In this document: positions 46,755-57,849 of the stretch, piece after piece
Numbering within the stretch: the stretch's first letter is position 1
Layout of the letters: every line of letters begins with the position of its first letter
DNA from: Methyloligellaceae bacterium
GTDB lineage: Bacteria > Pseudomonadota > Alphaproteobacteria > Rhizobiales > CBDHHC01
DNA length: 64,000 bases
Assembly (NCBI GenBank): GCA_050633205.1
Contig: JBOEGA010000046.1
Coordinates: forward strand, 12,535 to 76,534
Reading direction: 5' to 3'
The notes under the pieces: generated by a model
What the model was told of the DNA's origin: nothing
Seen by the model: the letters and a program-made list of their open reading frames with translations, nothing else
The model's database searches: none
Translations under genes and position numbers: made by a program

Positions 46755-48386
46755 ATGAGCAGGGCTCTGGAACTCGATACTCAGGAAAACTTTATTGGTG
46801 CTGTTAAGCGTGCGGGAAAGCGCACGCGATATGGCATTTCCTTTCTGTCCGGAGCTTTCTCGGTATTATCTCTGGCGCCGTTTTTCTTTTGGCCAATCCT
46901 GTTTGTTACTTTTCCTGTTTTGCTGCTTATGCTTGAGGCGGAATTGCGTGAAGTATCTAACAGCCCAAAAAAAGCCAGTTTTTTTAGCAGCAGATTTTTT
47001 CGTGTGGGCATTATCGGGTGGTTCTTCGGCTTTGGATATTTTGTTGCCGGGCTTTACTGGTTTGCTCATGCCTTTCTGGTGGAAGCCGACCGGTTTGCAT
47101 TGCTGATACCCCTGGCTGTGCTGGTTATGCCGGCTTTTCTCTCATTTTTTTACGGGCTGGCAGTTGTTGCTGTCTGTTTTGTTTCCGGCCGTGTTGCACG
47201 GTATTTTGCGCTGGTTGTCGGCTTTGGAATTGCCGAGTGGCTCAGGGGGCATGTGCTTACAGGGTTTCCATGGAACGCGATTGGTTATGGGGTTACAGCC
47301 AATGATGGATTGTTACAGCTTGCGTCTCTTTTCGGGTTGTATGGTCTGAATTTTCTTGCAGTTCTGTTTTTTGCTGCTCCATTTCTTCTTATAGATAGCG
47401 CGGAGGAAGGGCACAGGAGCCGTTCCAGAGTTATCTTTGCTATCGTGGCTGCACTGGCTGTCGCTGGGATGTCCTGGGGATATTACCGTTTGAGTGTGGA
47501 GCGTAAGCCTGCTTTCGCTGAAGGGGTACGCTTACGGCTGGTTCAGCCGAATATTCCGCAGGTTAAAAAGATGGATGTTAGCTATATTCCCTGGAATTTC
47601 GGGGAGCTGCTGAGATATTCCCAAACCACTGATGGCAAAGACAATCTGACAGGCGTGACGCATGTAATCTGGCCTGAGGTTGCTGTCAGGGCACCTTTGG
47701 CCGAGTGGCCTGATGCTTTGTCAGAAATTGCAAGAATATTGCCCAAGGGGACAAGTCTGATTGCGGGGACTCTAAGGAGAGAGCAGGGCAAGGAATATTA
47801 CAGGGCTTATAACAGTCTTATGGTTTTTGATAATGCAGCGATACTGAAAGCTACATATGATAAAATACATCTGGTTCCATTTGGTGAGTATCTGCCGATG
47901 CAGTGGTTACTTGAGAGTATCGGGCTTGAGCAGATTACAAGACAAAAAGGCGGGTTTTCTGCAGGAGATGGTACCAGATGGGTGAAAGCTGCAGGGCTGC
48001 CACCCTTTAGTCCGTTGATTTGTTATGAGGCTGTGTTTCCGGGCAAGGTGTATCAGGCGGGCAAGAGGCCGGAATGGCTTCTGAATGTTACCAATGATGC
48101 CTGGTTTGGAGACAGCACTGGGCCCTATCAGCATTTTCATCAATCAAGAGTGCGTGCTGTTGAGGAGGGACTGCCTATGGTTCGGGTTGCCAATACGGGG
48201 ATCTCCGGGGTTATTGATGCCTATGGTGTTGTGTTGAAAAAACTACCATATGGTGTTGGAGGTTCTTTTGATCACAAACTGCCTAAAGCTATCCCATTAA
48301 CTCATTATAGCTGGTGGAGATATTTTATTTTCCCTTTTTTCGCATTGCTCGGCATACTACTTATGGTAGCATCAAATAAAAGATAA
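46755..48386 (+). CDS. lnt: Apolipoprotein N-acyltransferase
   Basis: 543 aa with an N-terminal polytopic region (GFPWN) and a C-N hydrolase domain (WPE...LICYE...NDAWFG). Confidence 0.93.
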   Translation: MSRALELDTQENFIGAVKRAGKRTRYGISFLSGAFSVLSLAPFFFWPILFVTFPVLLLMLEAELREVSNSPKKASFFSSRFFRVGIIGWFFGFGYFVAGLYWFAHAFLVEADRFALLIPLAVLVMPAFLSFFYGLAVVAVCFVSGRVARYFALVVGFGIAEWLRGHVLTGFPWNAIGYGVTANDGLLQLASLFGLYGLNFLAVLFFAAPFLLIDSAEEGHRSRSRVIFAIVAALAVAGMSWGYYRLSVERKPAFAEGVRLRLVQPNIPQVKKMDVSYIPWNFGELLRYSQTTDGKDNLTGVTHVIWPEVAVRAPLAEWPDALSEIARILPKGTSLIAGTLRREQGKEYYRAYNSLMVFDNAAILKATYDKIHLVPFGEYLPMQWLLESIGLEQITRQKGGFSAGDGTRWVKAAGLPPFSPLICYEAVFPGKVYQAGKRPEWLLNVTNDAWFGDSTGPYQHFHQSRVRAVEEGLPMVRVANTGISGVIDAYGVVLKKLPYGVGGSFDHKLPKAIPLTHYSWWRYFIFPFFALLGILLMVASNKR

Positions 48387-48550
48387 AACCAATACGTGCT
48401 GTTCTTTGAGTATTATGTCACTAATACTGCGTGTATTGTGAAAATACATGGGAAAAACTATGTTTTTTTATAAGTATTTTCCGCATATTGAATGAAAATT
48501 AAGTCCTGAGGCTTATATTGCTGTCTATATATAGTAATTGGGGGACCTCG

Positions 48551-48991
48551 GTGGCAGAGCATATTGAAAACGGCGGCGTTAAGAAGCCCAATCCGATTGA
48601 CATACATGTTGGCAGTCGATTGCGCTTACGTCGTATGATGCTTGGTATCAGCCAAGAGAAGTTAGGGGATAGGCTGGGGCTTACTTTCCAGCAAATTCAG
48701 AAATACGAAAAAGGTACAAACAGAATTGGAGCAAGCCGTTTGTTTACGCTTGCACAGGTTCTGGATGTTAATGTGCAGTTCTTTTTTGACGAGTTTGTAT
48801 CCAGTGGTGAAAATGGAGCCAATGGTGATAGTGCTCAACCGGAAAAAGAGAGCTATGTGCTCGAATTTTTGAACAGCCGGGAAGGGCTGGAATTAAATCG
48901 TGCATTTGTACAAATTCCTGATCAGAAAGTTCGCCGCAAGCTTATCGAACTGGTGCGTGCGATGGCTCAGGAGGAAGCAGATAGTCGGTAA
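48551..48991 (+). CDS. XRE-family helix-turn-helix transcriptional regulator
   Basis: VGSRLRLRRMMLGISQEKLGDRLGLTFQQIQKYEKGTNRIGASRL. I prefer the GTG at 48551, five nt after GGGGGA, to the TTG at 48518. Confidence 0.8.
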   Translation: MAEHIENGGVKKPNPIDIHVGSRLRLRRMMLGISQEKLGDRLGLTFQQIQKYEKGTNRIGASRLFTLAQVLDVNVQFFFDEFVSSGENGANGDSAQPEKESYVLEFLNSREGLELNRAFVQIPDQKVRRKLIELVRAMAQEEADSR

Positions 48992-49264
48992 TCTTCTCGA
49001 TTACCGGTTATTTCGCATCATGATATTGTTTTAATATTCTCTTTAGTTGAGTGTTTTTATTCTCCTCATAGTTGTATCCTGATACAGTTGATGCGATAAA
49101 GGGTCGCACACTGTTGTTGAGCTATAATGAATTTTGGGGCTTGCGCAGGGTTTTTGTTCGAAATTGGCACTTGACCATTTGGCAAAAGGTTGCGAGAAGG
49201 CCACATATTCAAGTCTTAACCAGACCTACAACCTATAAAGTGCTTTGTATAGCAGGGGGATCTC

Positions 49265-50434
49265 GTGACTCGAGGAAATTACCTATTTACTAGTGAATCT
49301 GTTTCTGAAGGACATCCTGATAAAGTTTGTGACAGGATATCCGACGCCGTTGTTGATTGTTACCTTGATGCGGACCCTCTTTCGCGTGTTGCAGTTGAAA
49401 CTCTCGTAACTACAAACAAGATTGTTCTAGCCGGTGAAGTGCGTTGTTCAAAAGAGATTTCGAAAGATACTCTTGAGAAGCTGGCGCGTGAATGTGTTAA
49501 AGATATCGGTTATGAGCAGGAAGGATTCCACTGGGAAAATGCCAGTGTTGATGTTTATGTTCATGAGCAGTCTGTTGATATTGCACAAGGTGTTGATGCC
49601 AGCGGCAATAAGGATGAAGGTGCTGGCGACCAAGGCATTATGTTTGGCTACGCATGTACTGAAACTGACGTGTACATGCCTGCTCCGATTTATTACTCTC
49701 ACCGTATTCTGCAGGATATGGCAAACAGCCGTCATTCCGGTTCAGTTACTGAATTTGGCCCAGACTCAAAAAGTCAGGTCACTTTGAAATATGAAAATGG
49801 CAAGCCAGTTGGTGCAACTTCCGTAGTTGTTTCTACGCAGCATGGCGAAGATGTTCCTCAGGAGCGTATCCGTGAGCTTGTTCGTGGATTTGTTGAGAAT
49901 GCTCTTCCTGATGGATGGATGTGTCCTGATGATGAGCTTTATGTAAATCCGACAGGGAAGTTTGTAATCGGTGGACCTGATGGTGATGCAGGGCTGACTG
50001 GTCGTAAAATTATCGTTGATACATATGGTGGTGCTGCTCCTCATGGTGGTGGTGCATTCTCTGGTAAAGACCCTACCAAGGTTGACCGTTCTGCTGCTTA
50101 TGCTTCCCGCTATCTTGCGAAGAATGTTGTTGGTGCCGGTCTTGCTGAGAAGTGCACATTGCAGGTTGCATATGCAATTGGTGTTTCCAAACCATTATCT
50201 CTTTATGTAGATCTTCATGGTACAGGGACTGTTTCCGAAGAGAAGCTTGCTGGTGTACTTAATGAAGTTATGGATCTGAGCCCGCGCGGCATTCGTGAGC
50301 ATCTTCAGTTGAACCGCCCTGTTTACGAGCGTACAGCTGCTTATGGCCACTTTGGCCGTGTGCCTGACAATGATGGCGGTTTCTCATGGGAACGCCTGAG
50401 TCTTGTAGAAGCAATTAAATCTGCTCTTACATAA
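49265..50434 (+). CDS. metK: S-adenosylmethionine synthase
   Basis: [20 protein letters not shown] and [19 protein letters not shown] start preceded by GGGGGA. Confidence 0.98.
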   Translation: MTRGNYLFTSESVSEGHPDKVCDRISDAVVDCYLDADPLSRVAVETLVTTNKIVLAGEVRCSKEISKDTLEKLARECVKDIGYEQEGFHWENASVDVYVHEQSVDIAQGVDASGNKDEGAGDQGIMFGYACTETDVYMPAPIYYSHRILQDMANSRHSGSVTEFGPDSKSQVTLKYENGKPVGATSVVVSTQHGEDVPQERIRELVRGFVENALPDGWMCPDDELYVNPTGKFVIGGPDGDAGLTGRKIIVDTYGGAAPHGGGAFSGKDPTKVDRSAAYASRYLAKNVVGAGLAEKCTLQVAYAIGVSKPLSLYVDLHGTGTVSEEKLAGVLNEVMDLSPRGIREHLQLNRPVYERTAAYGHFGRVPDNDGGFSWERLSLVEAIKSALT

Positions 50435-50500
50435 GAACAAATTTATATTTGGGAGCGCCTTTAATCGGGCATTCCCAAATCTCATGCCCAAGATAGAACG

Positions 50501-51184
50501 ATGATCATCCCAGAACGTAAGCTGTATGGCAGAAATAAAGGACACAAGCTAAGCGTCCGCCAGACAGAGCTTTCCGAGACGCTTCTCCCAAGGCTACGTA
50601 TCGACCTGAGTATTCCGGCCCCTGAAGATATTTCTACATTATTTGAAGTTCCTGTTTCAGAGATTCATTTTGAGATAGGTTTTGGCGGTGGAGAGCATCT
50701 TGCGTGGCAGGCTGGCAGGAAGCCAAATACTGGTTTTATTGGTTGCGAACCATTTGTGAATGGTGTGGCCAAGCTTTTAATGCAGGTTGAGGATGATGAG
50801 CTGAATAATGTTCGTGTCTTTGATGATGATGCACGCTTTATTCTGGATTGGCTGCCAGAAGGGTGTATTGACCATATGTACATTCTTTTTCCTGACCCAT
50901 GGCATAAAAAAAGACATCATAAAAGGCGTTTTGTTTCCACAGAAAATCTGGATAAACTGGCAAGAGTTTTAAAAAAAGGTGCCCAACTTTATCTTGCTAC
51001 TGACATCGGGGATTATATGCGCAGCAGTCTGATAGCATTTACGAGCCATAATCAGTTCTTATGGATTGATGAATGTGTTTCTGACTGGCGTCAACGACCA
51101 GATAACAGACCAGTAACCCGTTATGAGCAAAAAGCATTTGATGCGGCCCGTAAGCCTGCTTATCTCACATTTGTGCGCAGGTAA
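50501..51184 (+). CDS. trmB: tRNA (guanine-N7)-methyltransferase
   Basis: EIGFGGGEHL...FPDPWHKKRHHKRR is the TrmB signature. Confidence 0.93.
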   Translation: MIIPERKLYGRNKGHKLSVRQTELSETLLPRLRIDLSIPAPEDISTLFEVPVSEIHFEIGFGGGEHLAWQAGRKPNTGFIGCEPFVNGVAKLLMQVEDDELNNVRVFDDDARFILDWLPEGCIDHMYILFPDPWHKKRHHKRRFVSTENLDKLARVLKKGAQLYLATDIGDYMRSSLIAFTSHNQFLWIDECVSDWRQRPDNRPVTRYEQKAFDAARKPAYLTFVRR

Positions 51185-51365
51185 AATCCTGGAAGTAGAT
51201 TTTTATTGATGTGATCATGTTGCGATATAGAATGGTGAATACCATATTAACTATATCGTTAATAATTTCTGTTTTTAGTAATTTGGTTGTTTTTTTACAA
51301 TTCTGGCCTTGCCTGATTGGATCAAGCTGCGTATTGTGTGTTTGCTCATGACAATCTTACATCGC

Positions 51366-51398
51366 AGAGTGGGTCCCACGGGTCCGCTCTTTTTGTTT
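51366..51398 (+). terminator. Terminator-shaped hairpin plus T-tract in the trmB-rimP spacer
   Basis: AGAGTGGGTCC (51366-51376) pairs with GGGTCCGCTCT (51380-51390), allowing G-U pairs, and is followed by TTTTGTTT (51391-51398). It is either the trmB terminator or a leader attenuator of the rimP-nusA-infB operon. Confidence 0.55.
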
Positions 51399-51499
51399 AG
51401 GTGATCGAGTAACCATACCGGTGTTACCCGAAGCAAAATAATTTAAGGGGCAACGCTATTCAAAGTCAGATAGAAGAACGATTTGTCCGAGAGACTGGT

Positions 51500-52003
51500 G
51501 TGGCAGCGGATGTTGCACAGTTGGTTGAGCCTGTGGCTCAGGAACTCGGGTTACGTCTTGTGCGCGTGATAGTTTCAGGTCGCGACGGATGTACAGTACA
51601 GATTATGGTAGATCGACAGAATGGTGGCATTTCTGTTGATGATTGCGCAAAGCTATCTCGCCGTTTGTCGCCGGTTCTGGATGTTGACAGTCCAATATCG
51701 GGGAAATACAGGCTGGAGATTTCTTCGCCGGGAATTGACCGCCCGCTTGTCCGATTAACCGATTTCGTTGATTGGGCCGGGTATGAAGCAAAAATAGAGA
51801 TGCTTGAATTGATCGAGGGCCGCAAGCGGTTCCGGGGTATCATTGAAGGTATTGAAGGCACTGAAGTCCGCTTACAGGTTGAACTTGAGGGATATGACGG
51901 AGTTCAGGTTATTGGTCTTCAGATAGATATGATTGAAAGTGCGAAGCTGGTGATGTCAGATGAATTGATCAAGGCAGCGTTGGCTCAGAGTAAAACGGAT
52001 TAG
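51500..52003 (+). CDS. rimP: Ribosome maturation factor RimP (true start probably upstream, see findings)
   Basis: LVEPVAQELGLRLVRV...LEISSPGIDRPL. The first canonical start is the GTG at 51500. The same frame is open from 51413 and encodes IEERFVRETG, which looks like conserved RimP N-terminus. Confidence 0.88.
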   Translation: MAADVAQLVEPVAQELGLRLVRVIVSGRDGCTVQIMVDRQNGGISVDDCAKLSRRLSPVLDVDSPISGKYRLEISSPGIDRPLVRLTDFVDWAGYEAKIEMLELIEGRKRFRGIIEGIEGTEVRLQVELEGYDGVQVIGLQIDMIESAKLVMSDELIKAALAQSKTD

Positions 52004-52072
52004 AACATCTTTAAGTAAGATGTTGTTAAGATATTGATTAGTCATTCGGACTGAATTGGAGACTTATAGGCT

Positions 52073-53716
52073 ATGGTTCAGGCAGGTATTAGCGCCAACC
52101 GTTTAGAGCTTTTGCAAATTGCAGATGCTGTCGCTCGTGAAAAAGCGATTGATCGAGATGTTGTTATCCAGGCCATGGAAGATGCGATTCAAAAGGCCGC
52201 GAAATCCCGATATGGCAGCGAGAATGAGATCCGCGCCGAGATAGATCCGAAAACCGGTGAGATACGTCTGGCGCGTTTGCTGGAAGTTGTTGAAGCTGTT
52301 GAATTCGAAGCGACCCAGATTTCTATGAAAGAGGCGCGCAAACGTAATCCGGCTGCTGAACTTGGAGATTTTATCTCAGAGGAACTGCCACCACTGGATT
52401 TCGGTCGTGTTGCAGCTCAAAATGCTAAACAGGTTATCGTTCATAAAGTTCGGGAAGCTGAGCGCGAGCGTCAGTATAACGAATATAAAGACCGTATCGG
52501 TGATGTCGTTAATGGCGTTGTCAAACGGGTTGAATACGGAAATGTGATCGTCGATCTAGGTAAAGCCGAAGCTATTGTACGCAGAGACGAAGGTCTGCCG
52601 CGCGAGAATTTTCGGTATGGTGACAGAATACGTGCTTTCATATATGATGTTAAGCATGAACAAAGAGGGCCTCAGATCTTTTTGTCGAGAACCCGTCCTG
52701 AATTTATGGCTAAGCTGTTTGGACAGGAAGTTCCCGAGATTTACGATAATATCGTAGAGATTAAGTCTGTTTCCCGTGATCCAGGTAGCCGGGCGAAGAT
52801 TGCAGTGAATTCAAGTGATTCATCAATTGATCCGGTTGGAGCCTGTGTTGGTATGCGCGGTGCGCGTGTTCAGGCGGTTGTTAACGAACTTCAGGGTGAG
52901 AAAATTGATATTATTCAATGGTCTCCTGATGCGGCGACATTTATTGTCAATGCGCTTGCCCCTGCCGAGGTTGTGAAGGTCGTTCTGGATGAAGATGCCG
53001 AGCGGATTGAGGTTGTTGTTCCTGATGAGCAGCTCAGCCTTGCTATTGGCCGTAAAGGGCAGAATGTACGTCTGGCCTCTCAGTTAACCGGGTGGGATAT
53101 CGACATTCTGACTGAGGCAGAAGAGTCCGAGCGCAGACAGAAAGAATTTGCTGAACGTTCAGAGATGTTTATGTCTGATCTGGATGTTGATGAGGTTATT
53201 GCTCAGCTACTTGCGTCAGAAGGCTTTGCTTCGGTTGAAGAGGTTGCTTTCGTTGATGAATCCGAGGTCGAGTCGATTGAAGGCTTTGATGAGGAGACTG
53301 CCAGCGAGATTCAGACCCGCGCAAGAGAATATCTGGAGCGACTTCAGGCAGAGCTTGAAGAAAAACGCAAAAGCCTTGGTATTGATGATGAACTTGCCGA
53401 ACTGGATGGTATGACGACTGCTATGGTTGTCAGACTGGGCGAGAATGATATTAAGACAGTTGAACATCTTGCAGAATGCGCGACTGATGACCTTACCGGA
53501 TGGTATGAAAAAACTGAGACCGAGAATAAGTTTTTTGAAGGTTATTTTGATAAGATTGATGTAAGCCGCGATGAGGCTGAAGCATTAATCATGTCTGCAA
53601 GAGTAAAAATTGGATGGATTACCGAGGAAGAACTCGCTTCTGCGGATAATTCGGAAGAAGATGAAGAAGAAGTCGAAGACTCTGAAGAAGCAGTTAGCGA
53701 AAAAGCTGCTGAGTGA
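52073..53716 (+). CDS. nusA: Transcription termination/antitermination factor NusA
   Basis: 547 aa with the N-terminal domain, S1, two KH domains (GACVGMRGARVQ; AIGRKGQNVRLA) and an acidic C-terminal repeat region. Confidence 0.98.
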   Translation: MVQAGISANRLELLQIADAVAREKAIDRDVVIQAMEDAIQKAAKSRYGSENEIRAEIDPKTGEIRLARLLEVVEAVEFEATQISMKEARKRNPAAELGDFISEELPPLDFGRVAAQNAKQVIVHKVREAERERQYNEYKDRIGDVVNGVVKRVEYGNVIVDLGKAEAIVRRDEGLPRENFRYGDRIRAFIYDVKHEQRGPQIFLSRTRPEFMAKLFGQEVPEIYDNIVEIKSVSRDPGSRAKIAVNSSDSSIDPVGACVGMRGARVQAVVNELQGEKIDIIQWSPDAATFIVNALAPAEVVKVVLDEDAERIEVVVPDEQLSLAIGRKGQNVRLASQLTGWDIDILTEAEESERRQKEFAERSEMFMSDLDVDEVIAQLLASEGFASVEEVAFVDESEVESIEGFDEETASEIQTRAREYLERLQAELEEKRKSLGIDDELAELDGMTTAMVVRLGENDIKTVEHLAECATDDLTGWYEKTETENKFFEGYFDKIDVSRDEAEALIMSARVKIGWITEEELASADNSEEDEEEVEDSEEAVSEKAAE

Positions 53717-53789
53717 GTCTGAACAATAAGGAGTATTTAATAAGGGCAGCATTTTATTCGGGACGTCCGAATGGATCTGATATAAAGTT

Positions 53790-54434
53790 ATGGAGAAGAG
53801 TTCTGATACATTAAGACAGTGCGTTGTAACGCGCGAAAAACTGGATGTTAACGAACTTGTTAGATTTGTGTTAGATCCTAATGGTTTGGTGGTTCCGGAT
53901 TTAAAGCGTAAGCTACCGGGTCGTGGCGTTTGGGTTACGGCAAAAGCGGACAAGATTGAGATTGCGTTAAAAAAAGGCGTATTTAAGAAAGCATTTCGTC
54001 AATCTGTTGAGGTAGCTGATGATCTTGTAGAGCAAATTGATCGACTAATGCGTACTGCGGCTTTACAAAGACTTGCGCTGACCAATAAAGCGGGACAGTT
54101 AATTCTTGGTTTTGCCAAGGTTGATGCTGCATTAAGCAAAAAGAGTATACTAGCATTGATACATGCTTCTTCGGCAAGTTCAGATAGTCGAAGTAAGCTG
54201 AGCAATAAGTGGCGCGGCCTTCAAGGTGATAAGAGAAGTAGTCAGCGCACTGTGGAATGCTTTAGTGGTGAACAACTCAGTGTGGCGCTCGGTAAGCCCA
54301 ATGTTGTTCATGGGGCCCTTGTATCAGGTGGTGCAAGCGGTTCGTTTCTTGAAGCAGTATCACGGATAGAAAGCTATAATTTAGTCAGTCAGGTCAACTT
54401 GATAAAGAATGGCCAAAAATCGGAAGAAGTATGA
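53790..54434 (+). CDS. YlxR/DUF448 RNA-binding protein with a C-terminal L7Ae-like region
   Basis: [24 protein letters not shown]...LPGRGVWV is the DUF448 motif. It lies between nusA and infB as usual. Confidence 0.85.
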   Translation: MEKSSDTLRQCVVTREKLDVNELVRFVLDPNGLVVPDLKRKLPGRGVWVTAKADKIEIALKKGVFKKAFRQSVEVADDLVEQIDRLMRTAALQRLALTNKAGQLILGFAKVDAALSKKSILALIHASSASSDSRSKLSNKWRGLQGDKRSSQRTVECFSGEQLSVALGKPNVVHGALVSGGASGSFLEAVSRIESYNLVSQVNLIKNGQKSEEV

Positions 54435-57208
54435 GCGAAACTAAAGAAACAGACGACAAAGACACTCAGAAATCAAGGAAGACAATGACCTTGAGTCTGA
54501 AACGGACAGTGGAGTCTGGGCATGTCCGCCAGAACTTTAGTCATGGCCGTTCCAAATCTGTGTTAGTTGAAAAGAAGAAAAAACGGTCGATTGGTTCGGG
54601 TGAAGGCGAAGCCTCATCCGAGAAAACGACTCAACCGCAATCCAAAGCAGCTACATCAAAGGCTGCGACAGAGGATAAAGCGGCCAGCAAGCCACAGGGG
54701 CGTCAGCAACGATCCGCCAAAGGTGGTGGTCGTGGTCGTGGCTCCAAATCTTCAGGTAAGGGTGAGCAGCGTTCAGGTAATGTGCTGAAGGCTTTGTCCA
54801 GTGAGGAAAAAGATGCCCGGGCAAGGGCTCTCACAATGGCGCGTGCCCGTGCTGTAGAAGAAGAAAAGCAGGCAAAGGTAGAGGCTGCCCGACAGGCCGT
54901 TCTCGCAGCACAGCGAGCTGAAGAAGAAAAAGTTCGCGCTGTTGAAGAAGCTGCTGCCAAGGAGAAAGCTGAAGCTGAACGCAAAGTTCAGGAAGCTGAA
55001 GCTAAGAAAAAAGCTGAAGCAGAAGCTGCAAAAGCCCCAGCCAAGAAGAGTGAAGCTCCAAAGAGAAGTGAAACTCGTGGCCGGAAAGATGACAGCTCTT
55101 CAAAAGAGGCTGCTCCACGCCGTGATAATCGTGAGAAGCGTCCGTCTACAGGTCGTCCTGCTCCAGCAAGAAATGCCGGTGCAGATCGTGATGCTCCTGC
55201 AAAGCCTGAGATCAGTAAACGTGCTGAAAAGCCAAGAGGCGCACATGACCAGGCTTCTGATGACAGAAACAAAAAAGCCAAAGTTGATCGTGCAGCAGTG
55301 CGTAAAGCGCCTGAGCGCGTTAAAGGCAAGCTTACAATTACGAATGCGTTAAATGATGGGCAAAGAGAGAGATCTCTGGCTTCCCTGAAACGTAAGAGAG
55401 ATCGTATTAAGAAGCAAAATATGGGGGTTCAGGTTGAACGTGAAAAAATCTCCAGGGAAGTTATTATCCCTGAGGTTATCACGATCCAGGAACTTGCAAA
55501 CCGTATGGCCGAGCGTGGCGTGGATATTATCAAATTCCTTATGAAGCAAGGTCAGATGCACAAGATTAATGATATCATTGATACTGATACTGCCGAGCTT
55601 ATTGTTGAGGAGTTTGGACACACTGCCAAACGTGTATCTGAAGCTGATGTGGAAGATGGCTTTATTGGAGATGAAGACAGCGATGATGATCTTCAGTCCA
55701 GAGCTCCGGTTGTAACTATCATGGGACACGTTGACCACGGTAAAACTTCATTGCTTGACGCATTGCGTCAGGAGAATGTTGTATCCGGCGAGGCGGGTGG
55801 AATTACCCAGCATATCGGTGCCTACCAGGTTCAGACAGATGCTGGTGACAAAATCACCTTTATTGATACGCCTGGTCACGAAGCCTTTACTGCGATGAGA
55901 GCGCGTGGTGCGAAAGTTACCGATATGGTAATTCTGGTTGTTGCTGCTGATGACGGGGTTATGCCTCAAACTGTAGAAGCAATTAACCATGCCAAGGCCG
56001 GTGATGTTCCAATCATTGTAGCTATTAATAAAATGGATAAGCCTTCGGCTGAACCAAACAGGGTTCGTACTGATCTTCTTCAGCATGAAATTGTTGTTGA
56101 GAGTATGAGCGGTGATGTTCTTGAGGTTGAGGTTTCTGCTAAAGAGCGCCTGAATCTTGATAAACTTCTTGAAGGCATTGTTCTTCAATCAGAGGTTATG
56201 GAGCTGAAAGCCAATCCTGACAGATCTGCGGAAGGTGTGGTTGTTGAAGCCAAACTTGATAAAGGTCGTGGTCCGGTTGGAACCGTGCTTATTCAACGTG
56301 GTACTCTGCGTGTTGGTGATATTGTTGTTGCCGGACGTGCATGGGGTAAGGTTCGTGCTCTGATTAATGATCAGGGAGAGCAGGTTCAGGAGGCTGGTCC
56401 TTCAGTACCTGTAGAAATCCTAGGGTTTGGTTCTGCTCCAGAAGCTGGCGATCAGCTTGCAGTTGTAGAGAGTGAAGCCAAGGCACGTGAAATTACCGGA
56501 TATCGTGTGCGTAAGCGTCGTGATACTCATGCCGTTGGTGTTGGTTCAGGTCTGTCACTTGAGCAGATGATGTCTCAGCTTAAAGAGCAGGGACGCCAGG
56601 AGTTTCCGCTTCTGATCAAAGGTGATGTGCAGGGTTCTGTAGAAGCCATTTCGGCTGCTCTTGAAAAGCTGGGTACTGATGAAGTCGGTGCGCGGATTGT
56701 TCATGCGGCAGTAGGTGGTATTACAGAGTCAGATATTACTCTTGCGACAGCGTCGAATGCTCCAATTCTGGGCTTTAATGTTCGTGCCAATGTGCAGGCC
56801 AGAGAAGCTGCGGAGCGTGATGGTATCGAGGTACGTTATTACTCGGTTATTTATGACCTGGTTGATGACATCAAAGCTGCCATGTCCGGAATGCTTTCTC
56901 CTGAAATGCGTGAGACATTCCTTGGTAATGCCGAGATACTGGAAGTCTTCCATATATCCAAAGTTGGTAAGGTTGCCGGTTGTCGCGTTACAGAAGGTAA
57001 GGTTGAACGTGGTGCGAAGGTACGGCTTATTCGTGATAACGTTGTTATTCACGAAGGTGAGCTATCAACACTGAAACGCTTTAAGGACGAAGTTAAAGAG
57101 GTTCAGACTGGTCAGGAATGTGGAATGGCCTTCACTAATTATCAGGATATGCGTCCGGGTGATGTGATCGAGTGCTTCCATGTTGAAGAGATCATTCGCA
57201 CACTTTAG
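54431..57208 (+). CDS. infB: Translation initiation factor IF-2
   Basis: 925 aa. The start overlaps the ylxR stop (ATGA). It has a charged low-complexity N-terminal region and the G domain ([26 protein letters not shown]). Confidence 0.98.
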   Translation: MSETKETDDKDTQKSRKTMTLSLKRTVESGHVRQNFSHGRSKSVLVEKKKKRSIGSGEGEASSEKTTQPQSKAATSKAATEDKAASKPQGRQQRSAKGGGRGRGSKSSGKGEQRSGNVLKALSSEEKDARARALTMARARAVEEEKQAKVEAARQAVLAAQRAEEEKVRAVEEAAAKEKAEAERKVQEAEAKKKAEAEAAKAPAKKSEAPKRSETRGRKDDSSSKEAAPRRDNREKRPSTGRPAPARNAGADRDAPAKPEISKRAEKPRGAHDQASDDRNKKAKVDRAAVRKAPERVKGKLTITNALNDGQRERSLASLKRKRDRIKKQNMGVQVEREKISREVIIPEVITIQELANRMAERGVDIIKFLMKQGQMHKINDIIDTDTAELIVEEFGHTAKRVSEADVEDGFIGDEDSDDDLQSRAPVVTIMGHVDHGKTSLLDALRQENVVSGEAGGITQHIGAYQVQTDAGDKITFIDTPGHEAFTAMRARGAKVTDMVILVVAADDGVMPQTVEAINHAKAGDVPIIVAINKMDKPSAEPNRVRTDLLQHEIVVESMSGDVLEVEVSAKERLNLDKLLEGIVLQSEVMELKANPDRSAEGVVVEAKLDKGRGPVGTVLIQRGTLRVGDIVVAGRAWGKVRALINDQGEQVQEAGPSVPVEILGFGSAPEAGDQLAVVESEAKAREITGYRVRKRRDTHAVGVGSGLSLEQMMSQLKEQGRQEFPLLIKGDVQGSVEAISAALEKLGTDEVGARIVHAAVGGITESDITLATASNAPILGFNVRANVQAREAAERDGIEVRYYSVIYDLVDDIKAAMSGMLSPEMRETFLGNAEILEVFHISKVGKVAGCRVTEGKVERGAKVRLIRDNVVIHEGELSTLKRFKDEVKEVQTGQECGMAFTNYQDMRPGDVIECFHVEEIIRTL

Positions 57209-57364
57209 TTCTCTGATTGAGAGAACGGGTATTTGGCTATAAACCAGATTTGTTATTTGAACCCCTCATATAGCAGGGGAAAGTGAAGGGAACATTTTTG
57301 TTCCCTTTGCCATATAGGCTATCATTTGTTTGATATAGCCTTATTTAGAAGGTAATTCAGTAAA

Positions 57365-57742
57365 ATGCATTCAGCAAAAGGCCCTAGTCAGCGCCAGTTG
57401 CGGATAGGTGAGTTGATCCGGAAGGCGCTCGCAGAGATCTTTATTCGAATTGATATTCGGGATCAGGATCTTACAGGTGTTGTTTGGACTGTCTCTGAAG
57501 TGAGTATCAGTCCTGATGCGAAGAACGCGCAGGTTTTTGTTTTCCCCTTTGGTGGTGGTGAACCGGAAATAGCGGTTGCAGCTCTTAATCGTCATGCAAA
57601 GTTTTTGCGTGGTGAGGTAACCCGCAAAGTTAATCTCAAGCATACACCGCAACTGAAATTTCAGATTGATAATTCGTTTGATTATTCAGAACGTATTGAT
57701 CAGGTTCTGAAGTCTGATGAAGTTTCCAAGGACCTGGACTAG
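57365..57742 (+). CDS. rbfA: Ribosome-binding factor A
   Basis: RQLRIGELIRKALAEIF...TVSEVSISPDAKNAQVFV. Confidence 0.93.
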   Translation: MHSAKGPSQRQLRIGELIRKALAEIFIRIDIRDQDLTGVVWTVSEVSISPDAKNAQVFVFPFGGGEPEIAVAALNRHAKFLRGEVTRKVNLKHTPQLKFQIDNSFDYSERIDQVLKSDEVSKDLD

Positions 57743-57849
57743 GTCCGGGGAATTAAAAATGCCGGGATACCGGCTGACATTTCTATTCTGGAGAGATTGA
57801 AATTTATCAGGAGTTTCATCTCTTCAATTTTCAAAAAGAGAATAAGACT

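Noticed and set aside
48992-49264. Possible SAM-responsive riboswitch in the 273-nt leader upstream of metK.
   Set aside because: I looked for the hallmarks I remember of SAM-II/SAM-V (conserved AAAGCU with a U-rich pseudoknot partner) and of SAM-SAH (element overlapping the SD). I found none; there is only aaagtgc and a ttggca...ttggca repeat. Rfam cmscan on 48992-49270 would settle it.
57209-57364. Three consecutive small hairpins in the infB-rbfA spacer: CCCCT/AGGGG, AAGGGAAC/GTTCCCTT and AGGCTAT/ATAGCCT.
   Set aside because: They are real inverted repeats but short. They are most simply partial terminators or stabilisers within the operon. Nothing distinguishes them from ordinary intercistronic structure.
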